Part shown: positions 37,701 to 49,700 of the stretch, in pieces
Numbering within the stretch: position 1 is the stretch's first letter
Layout of the letters: each line of letters starts with the position of its first letter
Origin: Gnetum montanum
Taxonomy: Eukaryota; Plantae; Gnetophyta
Assembly (NCBI GenBank): GCA_015680685.1
Contig: MNCI01001594.1
Coordinates: forward strand, 311,359-375,358
DNA: 64,000 nucleotides
Reading direction: 5' to 3'
Notes under the pieces: generated by a model
What the model was told of the DNA's origin: nothing
The model's database searches: none
What the model saw: the letters and a program-made list of their open reading frames with translations, nothing else
Made by a program: the position numbers and the translations under genes

Positions 37701-40700
37701 TATTGTTGCACAAGCTGGCTATGTGGTATATCAACTGGATGTGGCATCTACATTCCTCAATGGCGTTTTGAATGAAGAAGTCTATGTGGAACAACCCCCA
37801 GGTTTTGTTGATGAAGGAAAACAAGATGATGAGTGGCGAGGTACCCCTACACTTAACCATACGAATACGAGCGCTTCACGCACGATCCGGTCAAACTCCG
37901 CAGACGGACTAGTTGTGGTATCTAGACAGTTACTTGTAGATCGCAGTTCGCTGTCTTCCCACTTGGACTAGTATTAGCTTTGTCACATATGGTTTAGTCT
38001 AGAGTGAGGTGTATGATGTGTTCCTACACTAATGCTACTCTTGGGTATGATGGGAAATAATATCAACTAAGCTAGGAGAGAGGATGAGANGGGCATGTGG
38101 GTGTCCAAGTACGTCACACTCGAATAAGGATGCCGTACAATTACAATCATCACACTGCGGGCATGCACTGGGGGAAAGGGTTGAAAGGAAAAACTGACAA
38201 AAAGTCCCTACCTTAAAACTAAAACTAAAAAACTTAAAACTTAAAAACCTCTTTACCAAATCTGCCTGCCTCTTATTTATAGATGAGGAGACAGGTTGCG
38301 ATATCGTGTACGTGATATCGCGTACGTGATATCATGGGTGCGATATCACGGCCAACAATTCATGACTCATCATACCCCCACGACTGAATGAAAACTCGTC
38401 GTCGAGTTAAAGTGAGAACAAGCTCCATTGATTACACAGTGGATAGGTATGGGATTATTGACTGACTAGAATGGATTCATGCCGTAGTGTGGAATCAAAA
38501 CAAGATTGAGACACAACACGAATAACACAAAAGAAAATCCTATAACTACAAAATTGGGTGGAACTCATATAGTTCCTGTTGGCGGTGGCTTCTCCATGGG
38601 TGCCTTTCCCTTGTTTTGCACTCTAGGTCTTGGGATTTGATGGCGTCGAAGTATGGCCTGAAGTTTCTCCTCTTCAGTTCAGGGATCTTGTGTCGTCCAT
38701 GCTAATGTTCCGATGTTTGATGGAGTTGGCACCTCCCATGGGCACGGTAGTTGTGGAAACATTTTATTTGCTTTGACATACCAAGCTGCAAACACCTGTT
38801 GTTCCTCCTCGTAAGCTCTGGCTTTGTCTTTGTATTCTTGAAAATCTGTGAGCCGTTGAGCCAAGTCTGTTGCGACACCTTTTTGCTCTTGGTAGCTTGC
38901 TTTAACCACCTCAAGTTTAGAATTTGCAACCTCCAATTTTTGCAATGTTTTGTTGTGTTCTGCAAATTCTGTTTCATATTTGACGTAGGTGGTGGCTACT
39001 TGTTGCTCGAGCTTTGTTCTCGGGTGCCCTGCTGTTAACATGGCAAGGTTGGCATACTGCAGGTTTGCCAACTCCATGCACTTTGTAAGGTCCTGGATTT
39101 GCAGGTCCTGGCTCTTAACCTCTGCCTGTTGGGCAAACGCCTATGTGTCCAATATGGCCCACCAGTCAGTGTGTTGAGCACTGAGAGTGTTGATGTGGGC
39201 CTTGGCCATATGGATCTCCTTTTCAATGATTTGTTTATACATCCCCACTTGGTCTCGGAAATGCTCCTTTAGTTTCTCATGCCGTTTAGCCTCATTCTGC
39301 CACACGTTTATTTCAATGGCCGTCTTTTGATGGATGGCGCGTACCTCCTCTATCGAGAGGGTCTGATTTTCCCTGGCTAAACAATTCATGTCCTGGTTGA
39401 CCTTGAATAGTTCTTGCAATTGCTGAAAATGTTCCTCGAGAACATTCTTTTGTTTCTCCATAGAGGTCAACCGAAGGTTGTCAGCAACAAGTTGTTTATT
39501 CTCCTATTGTAAGGCTTTGAGTGTTTTGATGTGCGCGTAAGTTTGCGCTTGTGACACATAGGCATCCCAAACAACCTTCTCTTTTTCTTCCACCACCCTT
39601 TTATTCTCTGTCAACAATTTATTAAGTTGCTCAGTTCTGAAAGTGTCCAGTTGGTCTGCGGGAACGAATTGAGAAGGATCCCGCTGTGCTACTTGCAGGG
39701 TCACGAGCCTTTCTTGCAATCTTTGCACTTTTGCTTCAGCGTGCTCGGCCCTCATCTCCGTCATGACTAGCTTCCCCTCCCTCCCCCCTTCCCCAGTTTT
39801 TGTTTTTGGGTTTGCTGAGTTTTGCTGCTTTGTCTCGGGGTTGAAATAACTTAATCAATTCATACTTTTATCTTTTTGTTAATTTGGTTAACATTTTTGT
39901 TCTCTGTAAGTTTAAAATAAAAATTATTTTAAAACTTTGTACAAATCGTTCAAAACATTCACACAACAATAATAACTGTTAAAAAAAAACTTACTTTTTG
40001 GAAAAAATTGGCTTTAAAAAATAGTGAAGTAATGAAGATTTTTTTTAGTTGAAAAATCAATATTTTCATCAATTTGGCTATTTTCCATAGAAATTCTGAT
40101 GTATGCAGTGCCTATCAAAATATCAAGAGGTCAACCCAGATTGTAAGCTGCTGCAAAATCTTCCTGCTAGAGTTGACCTTGGGTTTCCATCTAACTAGGC
40201 TGTGGTTCTGGGTTTCCTTTGTCCCATGCCCCTTCATTTCACAATAATCCTTTTCCACACTAGATTTATTCGTGGATGATGGCCTACAGATAGAAACTTC
40301 CATGTAAAATTATAATGGTACTTCTTTACCCCAATCAGGCAGGTGACCTCAAGAACCCTGATGTAACAAAGGATCTCCATTCAAGACACATAACTCCATT
40401 CCAAGCATCAAAGAAACCCGTGGAATTGGAGACAAAATCGAGCCCTAGGCAAACTATAAGTACTAGCAAAAGCTAAAACTCTTAGGAGGGGACCCAAATT
40501 CTTGGCCACTGCTCTCACCTTCCAATGAATCTGTCATTGTTATTCACACTAGGTCTTCCTGCTGCAGCGTGCATCTGCTTCCAGATTATGTGTTACTCTT
40601 GCTTTTTTCAGTTCTACTTGTTCGGATACATGAATTAATTGTATCAACTATATTGTAGCTATATATCTTTTGTTTAAGCTTAATTATTAACTTATTCACA

Positions 40701-43700
40701 ATTTAATAGGGTTTTAAAGAGAGTTTATATTGCTTACAATTTGGTTCTTTAGTTTTATTTCCATTTAGAATGATGGATTTCCATAAACAAATAGTTCAAG
40801 TATTTTTGTTAATATTGAACATTTCAAGTCCTTTTGAATATTTCAGGGTGTTTTTCATGTGCAAATTAAAAGATTAAGTTGAATTCCTCCCTGGTCTTTT
40901 TTCTTTCTTTTTTTGAATGTTATAACTTATTCACTAATTTTTTTTAAGTTATTGTTGCCTAAGTAGTTCATTTGTTACTAAATGCATACAGTAATGATTA
41001 CAGGAAGTATTGGTCATATATTGTTGTTTTAATATTAGAAAGTCTATGCTTTTTTTTCCCTCTATTATTAATATTGGTTGCTTGTAGTTTCGAGCTTTAT
41101 CTGATCAATTTTATAGGACACCTGAGCATTATGAATTTGTAAGGAGCGAGGTTGTCAAACAGGCAAGTGTCTTTGATTTCAATGTTATGAGCTAAAAAAT
41201 CATTTTTAGTGCTGTGATTTTTTTCATTCTTTTAAAGCAATTGCAACTTATGCTTAGATTTGCCCTGATTTTGAGAGTTTAATATTTCACGCTTTTATCA
41301 TTGATAAAATGTTTTTTTAACCTGTTCAAAGAAAAATATCAGATTCCTTCATAATTTGTGTATTTTGTAATAAAGAAATTAGCTTGCGACGATAAGCAAA
41401 CAAGGTTTAATTAATCTGGTTTTCTTTTCAGTTGAGGGAAAGCCCAGAAATGTACAGGGAATATGTTACTATGGAATACGATGAGTATCTGAATAAAGTA
41501 GCAGAGTACTTTCTTTCATCCCTTCTCATTTTCTTTTTGGATTCATAAAAAATCATATAGACAGGAAATAAGTTAAAATCACATTATTAATTTTTTAACT
41601 GTTTGATATGATAGGAATCATACATGGGGTGATCATGTTACATTGCAAGCTTTTGCAGATCGTGTAAGTCTTCTCGATTCTATCACTTAGACATCTCTCT
41701 GTATAAATTTCAACAATGCCGTATGTTTTTATTAATGTTTTACTAACAAATTATTTGAGCCATGCGAAGCAATCAATTTGAAGAATTATTGTTGCATTTT
41801 GGGTGTTATTTGATTCCTATGTATTTATTTTTTATGCTCAAATTAGCATACACTAGGTTTTCCGTTAATTATTTTCATTAGATTCCTTTTTACTATTTTG
41901 ATTGAATTCTTTTCCTATTTCTTGGGCTTATTTTAGGATTTTGTACGCTAAATTATAAAGGTTAATTTATGTGGATTCTTTGAATCTAAGGTTATATTAG
42001 ATCCATCACTTTTATGAGAATCCCATGATAAATGTTTTTTAGTATTAAAACAAAGGCCTTTTTAATGCTGTTCTTTTTTCTCTGTTTTCTAAATATTCCT
42101 TTCTTTCTCCATGCTTCCATCATTTTTACAGTTATTTGCTTTGTCTCGTCTGTTTGGCATATACACTCCTTTTTACAACAATTAAAAATTTCTATTGGGC
42201 AGAAAGACAATATACCACTTATTCTGACATGACCTTGCTCAATTACCATCATTCAGTTTGACCACTTTGACACAAATGCCCGTGCTGTAAAGACGAACTA
42301 ACCAACGTGTTACTAGTTAAACCAACAGAATGAGGAATTTCCTCCGTCTCTGTAAGAATGACTGATGTAGAAGCTCTGATCATCAATGTAAACATTATTT
42401 ATCTCTTGAAGATGAATCACAGTCATTATATATAATATTTGCAGAAGCCACTATCTTGGAGTGCTTAAGAGTTTGTTTTCCGATTTGCTTTCAATCATCA
42501 TTTCTTTTAAAAGAACAGACATCTTCAGTCCCCTTGATTACTTGAATCTTTACGAATAAATATATAGTAAGAATAAAAATTTAGAGGACAAAAGCAAAGG
42601 AATACTGCAGAGAGGAGGAACTCCAAATCAACAAAAAGAGAAGACCCAATAGTTTTGGGGATGCCTTTTTAGGTTTTCATCTTTGCAACAAATCCTGAAA
42701 AACTTCTCCTCTAGGATAGGAAAATGATTAGACCTTGCCCTTTTTCAGAAGTCTCTTCTTGGGTTTTCACTTTCTACTAAAGGCTTCTTGTTAATAAAAA
42801 GGAAAAAGTAAAGAGAGAAACATTTAAGAATTCAACTGAAGCATCAGCTATTGAATGATTCACCTTGAATTGACAATGAAAGAAAAGTAGTTGGAGAATC
42901 TCTGTGAAAAATCACATTATGTCAAAACTCCAGATGGTATAAAGAATAAGTGGATGAAAGCAGCTCGAAGTATGAAGTAGAAATCCTTGAAGTTGAGGAA
43001 TGTCACCAAATAAAACTTTGTCTAAGCTTGGTTAAAAACCATGTAAATACCTGTTGCAACAAGTCGAAGAGCTACGAGTAAGGGGACAAGTAAAATATAG
43101 CAGATGAATGAGTCTTCAATGTTGCAGACAGGACATCTTGGTCATGAATACCCAAATGAGAGCGGCAAATACCAATATGCAAACCTTGATAAATCAAATA
43201 CCACAAAAACTGTTTAATTTTTGAAAAAGAGTAGTGGCATTCCATATCTTTTAAATTTGCTGCTTCCATAATTGCACATTCTGATTAACCTTCCAAAGAT
43301 AGTTGAATGTTGGCCAAATATCAGTATTTAGAACTAATAATAGTATACACAATCTTGGACTGATATGGAAAATAATGATATCTATTAATCCAAAAAAATC
43401 AAGAATATCATTATGAGAATCTTGAATAGCTACACTTCTATTGAAACTATCCTAAATATCAAAAAATGTGAACTTTTTAGAAGCATTAATGCCATAAAAA
43501 CTTTAACACTCAGACCAAGTAATCCATTGATTATGCATGCAAAGAAATGAAAGAGAGGAAATGCCAAGTTTACACAATGTATTGCAAAGGTGTGGATGCT
43601 TAATAGGCCATGGTTCATTATTAATGGGAAGTCACCAAGAAGAAATTTTATCAAACATAGAGGTAGAAACCATTATATTATTAAAGTTCTAAAAATCCCT

Positions 43701-46700
43701 GATAAAACTCCAAGCCTTCCAAGACAATAGAACTTGATATAGTAATACCTTTTGGCAAAAGGATGTAATTAAAAAAATGAGTATCTTTCCAGTAATCACT
43801 ACCTTTAGGCTTACCCGTTTGGATACACGTACGAAAAAGAAGCTTCCAAGGCTCTCAACAAAATAAGCATTTAACCACCCACTTGGCACATAAATGATAA
43901 TTTGTGACTAACAGTGACTTGTTCATAGTTCATGACTATTAATTATCATCGTTAGTTTATCTACCTACCTTAATAGGGTAGTCCATGTTTTTGGGATAAA
44001 AGCACCAAATCGATGGTGATAAATTATCATGAGATTGTAGTATTTTGGTCTATTCTAATCATGACTATTGGTTCACTTTTATTTTATGAAATGCAATGAC
44101 TTCATTTTGTTATGCATTGACCTACTCTTGATAATCATGTTCTTTGATCATCAAAGAGAGGCAGCTCATGCCCAAATCACATGGACTTAAAAATGAGCTC
44201 TATCCAGCAAGTGCCTTGGACAGCCTACCGTACAGCCTTCGCTGCAAGCCAAAGGGTGGAGTTGCAACTCATGGCAGTTGAGGCAAAGCTTTTGGTAGTC
44301 GGTGCATCAGAACACATGTTTTTCTGATGTGGATAGATGAGTTTTCTTATGAAATGAAATATTTTAAGGTTCTGCTGTAGTAGACTTTGCACTGCACACA
44401 ACTCAGCATTTGAGTTGGGCTTCAATTGGTTAGCTCATTGTTGGGCAAAAATCATGTTCATTGTTTTAAGTTATCCTTTCCTTAAAAAGTAGAATGAAAA
44501 TGTCTTATGGGACATGATATTCTGGCTGTTCACTTCAATAAAGGATTGTCTAAATCAGTTGATATCTCTGGTACAAATTGATCTTGAAGTGAGATCATGA
44601 TTTTTTTGGATTTCAAATCAAGTTAAGAAAAAAAAATTTACTTGTGCTTTATGATTAACTTCTATTATGTTTTCAAGTTTTATCATTATGTGCATAAGTT
44701 TTGAAATTGAAATTGAAGCTTTATTCCATTTGAAGACCCATAGGATCTGTTGGACAGATATTACATTTTCATGAAAAATAAAGATAGACTCTACAAATTG
44801 ACCAAACATCAATGGGGCAGCAAAAACAAACCATACAAGTTCTTGGCTGTAACATTATAATGTTGTCTTAAATGGGTAGTCATAGCACAAGAAAGAAACA
44901 CATGTAACTCATTTTCAAGGGCTCTTAACTTACACAACTTGCAAATGAGCTCTTCTTGGGGGAGTTGAATCCATCTTCCACTTTCAATTCTAAGATGATG
45001 AGAACTTAAGCGAAGTTTGCTAATAGGATTCTGATACTTGATTAGAATAGTAGCTAAGAGATAGTGAGCTTTTGCATCTAGTTTATTACATTTATTGTGA
45101 TGTAAAAAAGTTGTTTCTTGCCTTTTACATTAGACCATATCCGTGTTAAAACCTTTTGCTTGACTAGTTGATGAATATGCTTAGGATTTTGCTAGATGTC
45201 TTCCCAAAAGATATTTCATTTTCTCAACCATTGCATTCCCTAAAAATACCAACTACAGTCTTGTGAATCCTTAAGAATTGCTTTATAGAATTTGTCTTAC
45301 ATTGAGATATGCAATTTATGAGTGTATGTAATGAATTGCACAAGGTTTCTACTTCACATTTAGATAATAACATTGAGGAATGTGTTTGCATCTTCACCTT
45401 TAACTCATCAAGAATAAAAATTTTGTGTCCTCTTTCAATATCTTTTCAAAGTTTAGCATTGAGTCGAGGTCCCCAAATAACCCATCCATACAATATAGTA
45501 AGATAGATGATAGTTTGAATAATTTATTTTCTGACTTTCCAAGTCCAGAGGTCTAAATCCATGCACTTGTTTTTGAAAGTATAGAGAGCTTTGAAACCTC
45601 CTGCTATTTTTTCTTTGATGCACTTTCCCTACATGTAATTCTTCATATAAATGAGACCAAAATCTTTAAAAGAATCTACTATTTGCACATTAGTACTTCC
45701 AAAATGGAAGTTATAATAGTTATTTCTTGTACCCTAGATCATCAACTTGGTTTTATCTATAATTTTCTAAAATTTGCAATATATTTTGCATGTCTTTTGT
45801 AGTAGTGGAGATCAAGGCAACATAGTTTGCCTATAAAAGAACATTCACTGCTTGGGATCCAATTTTGATAGTATGACTATTTTGCCTATTGCACAACCAT
45901 TTTTGCATTTCATCAATAAAGATTTCAAAGAAAGTTGGAGAAAGTGGACAACCTTGCTTAACTTCAATTTTGCTATAGAATTGAAAATTGTTTTCTGAAT
46001 ATTTGTCTGCAATTTCAATAATCACTTCCTCATACAATCTTTGAGTTGCTACAATCAAATCTATTGTTGAATTTAATTTGTGCCAAATTTCTCTATGAAT
46101 AGTAGGTTCTGTCCACTTTAATAATTTTGCATATAAGCCATCTCATCTACAACTTTGCTAGATGCTAGCTTTTTAATAACCTTTGTGACTTCCTTAAGAG
46201 TAAATTGGAGAGGTGTTTGCAGTACCATAGTAATAGAATTATCATCTTCTCCTGTAAATAGTTTATTATAAAATGATCAAATATCTTAAAAAGAAAAATT
46301 AAATGATGAAGACACTTTATGACTAAAACATTGCCAAAACTGTCTAGGCTTCTTTTTAATGGTGTAAACAAAATAGTTTTGCTACTCCCTCATAAATTTC
46401 CTTCTCTTGGTTGTAATCAAGCATTTATATGCCTCAACTAGACTTTATCTATGACTCTTATTTGCATTCTTAATATTTTATCTAGCCTACACACAATCCA
46501 CATCAAATCAAGTCTTTTGAGCATCCTTTTGTTGTGAATGCACAACTTGCTTGGCTGTTGTAAGCAAAATTTGTTCAAGCTCATTATGTTGTCTTTCAAG
46601 CATTCATTTGTTATGTGCTGCATTCGTATAATTTTCCTTGACTTTTGGGGTGATTCTATATTAATTTTTTTTCTATTCTTATTTTTTTTTTGTTGTCTAA

Positions 46701-49700
46701 GAAGAAATTTGAATCTTTTTAAAAAATCCTACATGACAATGGCAAGATTCTACTAAGTCTTTTCCAACTTTCAACTCCTTGATAAATTCATTATCTTCAT
46801 TAGAACATAAAAGCAATTTGAGGTCTTGTGAAAGCAAATGATGAAGATTGAGGAAATTTAGCAAGGCCATTGCAAATGAGAAGATAAATTTTTTTTGTCC
46901 ATTCTAATAGTTGTTGACCCATCTTATTAATAATACCTTCCATAGAATGTCATGTCCAGCTATGATCTTCAGCAATGTCTAAACTACCAACATTAAGTTG
47001 CCACTGAATAATTTTTGTTTGTTGTGAATCTATCTTTGCATTAAAATCTCCACAAATAAACATTGACCCTTTTGTTGAAAATTTTACAATTTCTCTGCCT
47101 AAGAACTGAAAAGGATGATCACATGACAACTCTATAAGAACTGAAAAGGATGATCACAGGACAACTCTATAGGATCGTACAATGTAGCATCTTTAGAGGC
47201 AAAATAGCTCGTGGCAAGGAAAACACAACCATGCTAACAAAATATTTTTAGTCAAACATATTGTTTATGATCATCAATTTTTTCTTAAAGCACACAATAT
47301 TTAAGTGATTTTCTTACTAATATGGCAATGCTACCAAAAGGTTTGCTTCTTGGCCCTACTCTTGTATTTCTTGCAACAAATTTAATAAAATTAGGAACTA
47401 CAAAATCTATAGAACCAACTTCTTCCTAAGTTTTAACAAATTCACAAACATCAAAGCTATCAATGAAACTAATACTGTTCAATGAATCAACTTTATTTGC
47501 AATCATAAGTTTTCTGTAATTCATGTTTTTGACTTATCATTATAGACCATTATAGACATATATGAAATTAATAATGTAGATGTAATGGACTATAATGCTG
47601 TAGTCTGTTTTTTGAGAAAGTTACTCAAAAATAGTATAATCTTAACTAAAACAAAAATGTGAGATGCACGACAAAATCCCACTGAACAGATGTATTAAAG
47701 CCAAGATGACGAGTAGGCTAATCACATAACACTAGGCTAGAAAGTAGACACTGAGGATAAGGCCCCATCAACTGAGTACTAAAACAAAAGTTCAAGGAAT
47801 AGGAAACTATAGAGGCAGGACGCCATAGTATGGAGCAATCATGCAATGACAAACATGTAGAGTTTGATAACTATGTAGACGTTAATTAGTGTCTTGCAAT
47901 GTAGGCAAAGGAGGGAGCAGAGCTAGTTAGGTGGACACTTGGAGCAAGTTTGACTTCAAGATATCCTGAGCTATTATGAACTCTAGAAGGAAGCCCTTTA
48001 CCATAGGGAGATAGTGGCACTTGATTTAATTGTGGCATCAAAGATACACACCATTTGAAGTGGTTGTAGTTGTGAGTCTTGTTGAATGACCTTGAGGTTG
48101 GGATGATGCGCTAGTAGTTTGGCATCATCTAGGGAGTCGTTGCCTGTGCAGTTTCTCAATGTGGTGTAGGTTAATGCAAGGTCATGAGTGGTGGATGAGA
48201 TGATTGGTTGTGGGAAGGGGATTAGTGGTGGTGGGGAGGTCAATGCAATGCCTTTTCCTTTAAGATCACAGCCACAAAAAGGTGAACCCTTAGAGTGACC
48301 CAACCAAGTAATAGTTGCTTGGAGGTTGTTAGAATTGGTAAAACAACTGAGAAAGGGGGAGTGGCAGGATTGGGTTTAATATCCTCTAGGATGTCTAGAT
48401 CATTAGGAATAAGAGACTGGCTTACCACTTTGAGGCAGGTCCAAGGGTGCTTGTTGGGTGGGGTGAACGGTAGGCTTTTGGGGCAAGGTTGGCTCAGGGT
48501 TCAAGTTATCTGTCTCTACATCAATTGCAGGAGCAGTTGATTTTGTTTGTTACTGCTTAGTAGCCTGTATTCATGTTTCCAAACTTGCAAGAGCAACATC
48601 CTTCTTTGATGGAGACCAGTCATCTTCCAAGGACTTGGAAGATGGTGTTTTAGAATTTAACTACTACTTGTTGCTTTCTTAGTGGGCTTACTTGCTCCAC
48701 TGTCAGGATGACTGTCCTTGTGGGTACGTCAACTTCTTTCAAGGGTAGGTGTTGATCTTCGTTCTAGAGGGTGGCCTTACAATGGTGGCTTCAACAAAAT
48801 GCAGCTAGCAACTAGAATTAGTATCACCACTTGTTGGCAAAGGGCTATGAGGTGGATCCACAAGTGCAGTAGATCATAGTGTGTTTGCACACCACAATGG
48901 CAAACAAGGGTGTCCAATAGACCATCGTGCGCAAAGGATAGAGAACCCATCTCCTTTGCGTTATCCAGAGCCCGTATAGCAGCATTGACTAGAAAACACG
49001 GAATGTCCACTTTAGGGCTACACTGAGAGCAAGGAAGAAAAATTGGCCTTTGATGAATCATCTTGGCTTTTGGTAAAAAAATATTCACTCACAATTGCTT
49101 TCTCTTTCCTTTGTGAGTTGTTTCAGAAGTCAATTTCTTCAACTTGGACTAGCATCTTCCTCATAGCTCCGTTTATATTTTATTTTCGGAGTGCAGCTCT
49201 TAAGTAACAATCATTTTATTGTTTTTCCTTGTTCCGTTGCTTTCTTCTTCTACTTATCCGTGCTTCTTATTCAAGTTTTTCTTATCATGATTCATTTTCA
49301 CAATGCTATTATTTATGGTTCATATTCTTCATGAACTAGTGCATCTATTTACGAACCATCATGACTTCTTGTTCTTCACATTATGTGGGTTATTAATGTG
49401 AAATTAATGATTTCATGCTTAACTTATGACCATAGTCGAACAATGATTTAGTTACAAGGTAGGTAATACTGCCAATTTTGATGTTGATAATCATATATAT
49501 AAGAATAGGTGCTTCTACTTCAAATGCATATCCTATTTTTGCTCAGAAAGCTGCATGTGCATTTAAATTATTTTTCATTCAAAAATGGTTGTTGAAATCT
49601 TCCTCTTCTTGTGTACATATTGATACCAAAAGAAGTTTACATGCTGATTATACTTTTTTTTAATATATATTGAATTTTTAGCATTATGTGGTCAATTAGG

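Noticed and set aside
41506-41614. U12-type intron
   Set aside because: Donor GTACTTTC does not match GTATCCTT, and TTTTTAAC is only a weak branch-site match
42330-42400. Intronic C/D snoRNA
   Set aside because: TGATG and CTGA are too close, there is no terminal stem, and no recognisable rRNA antisense element
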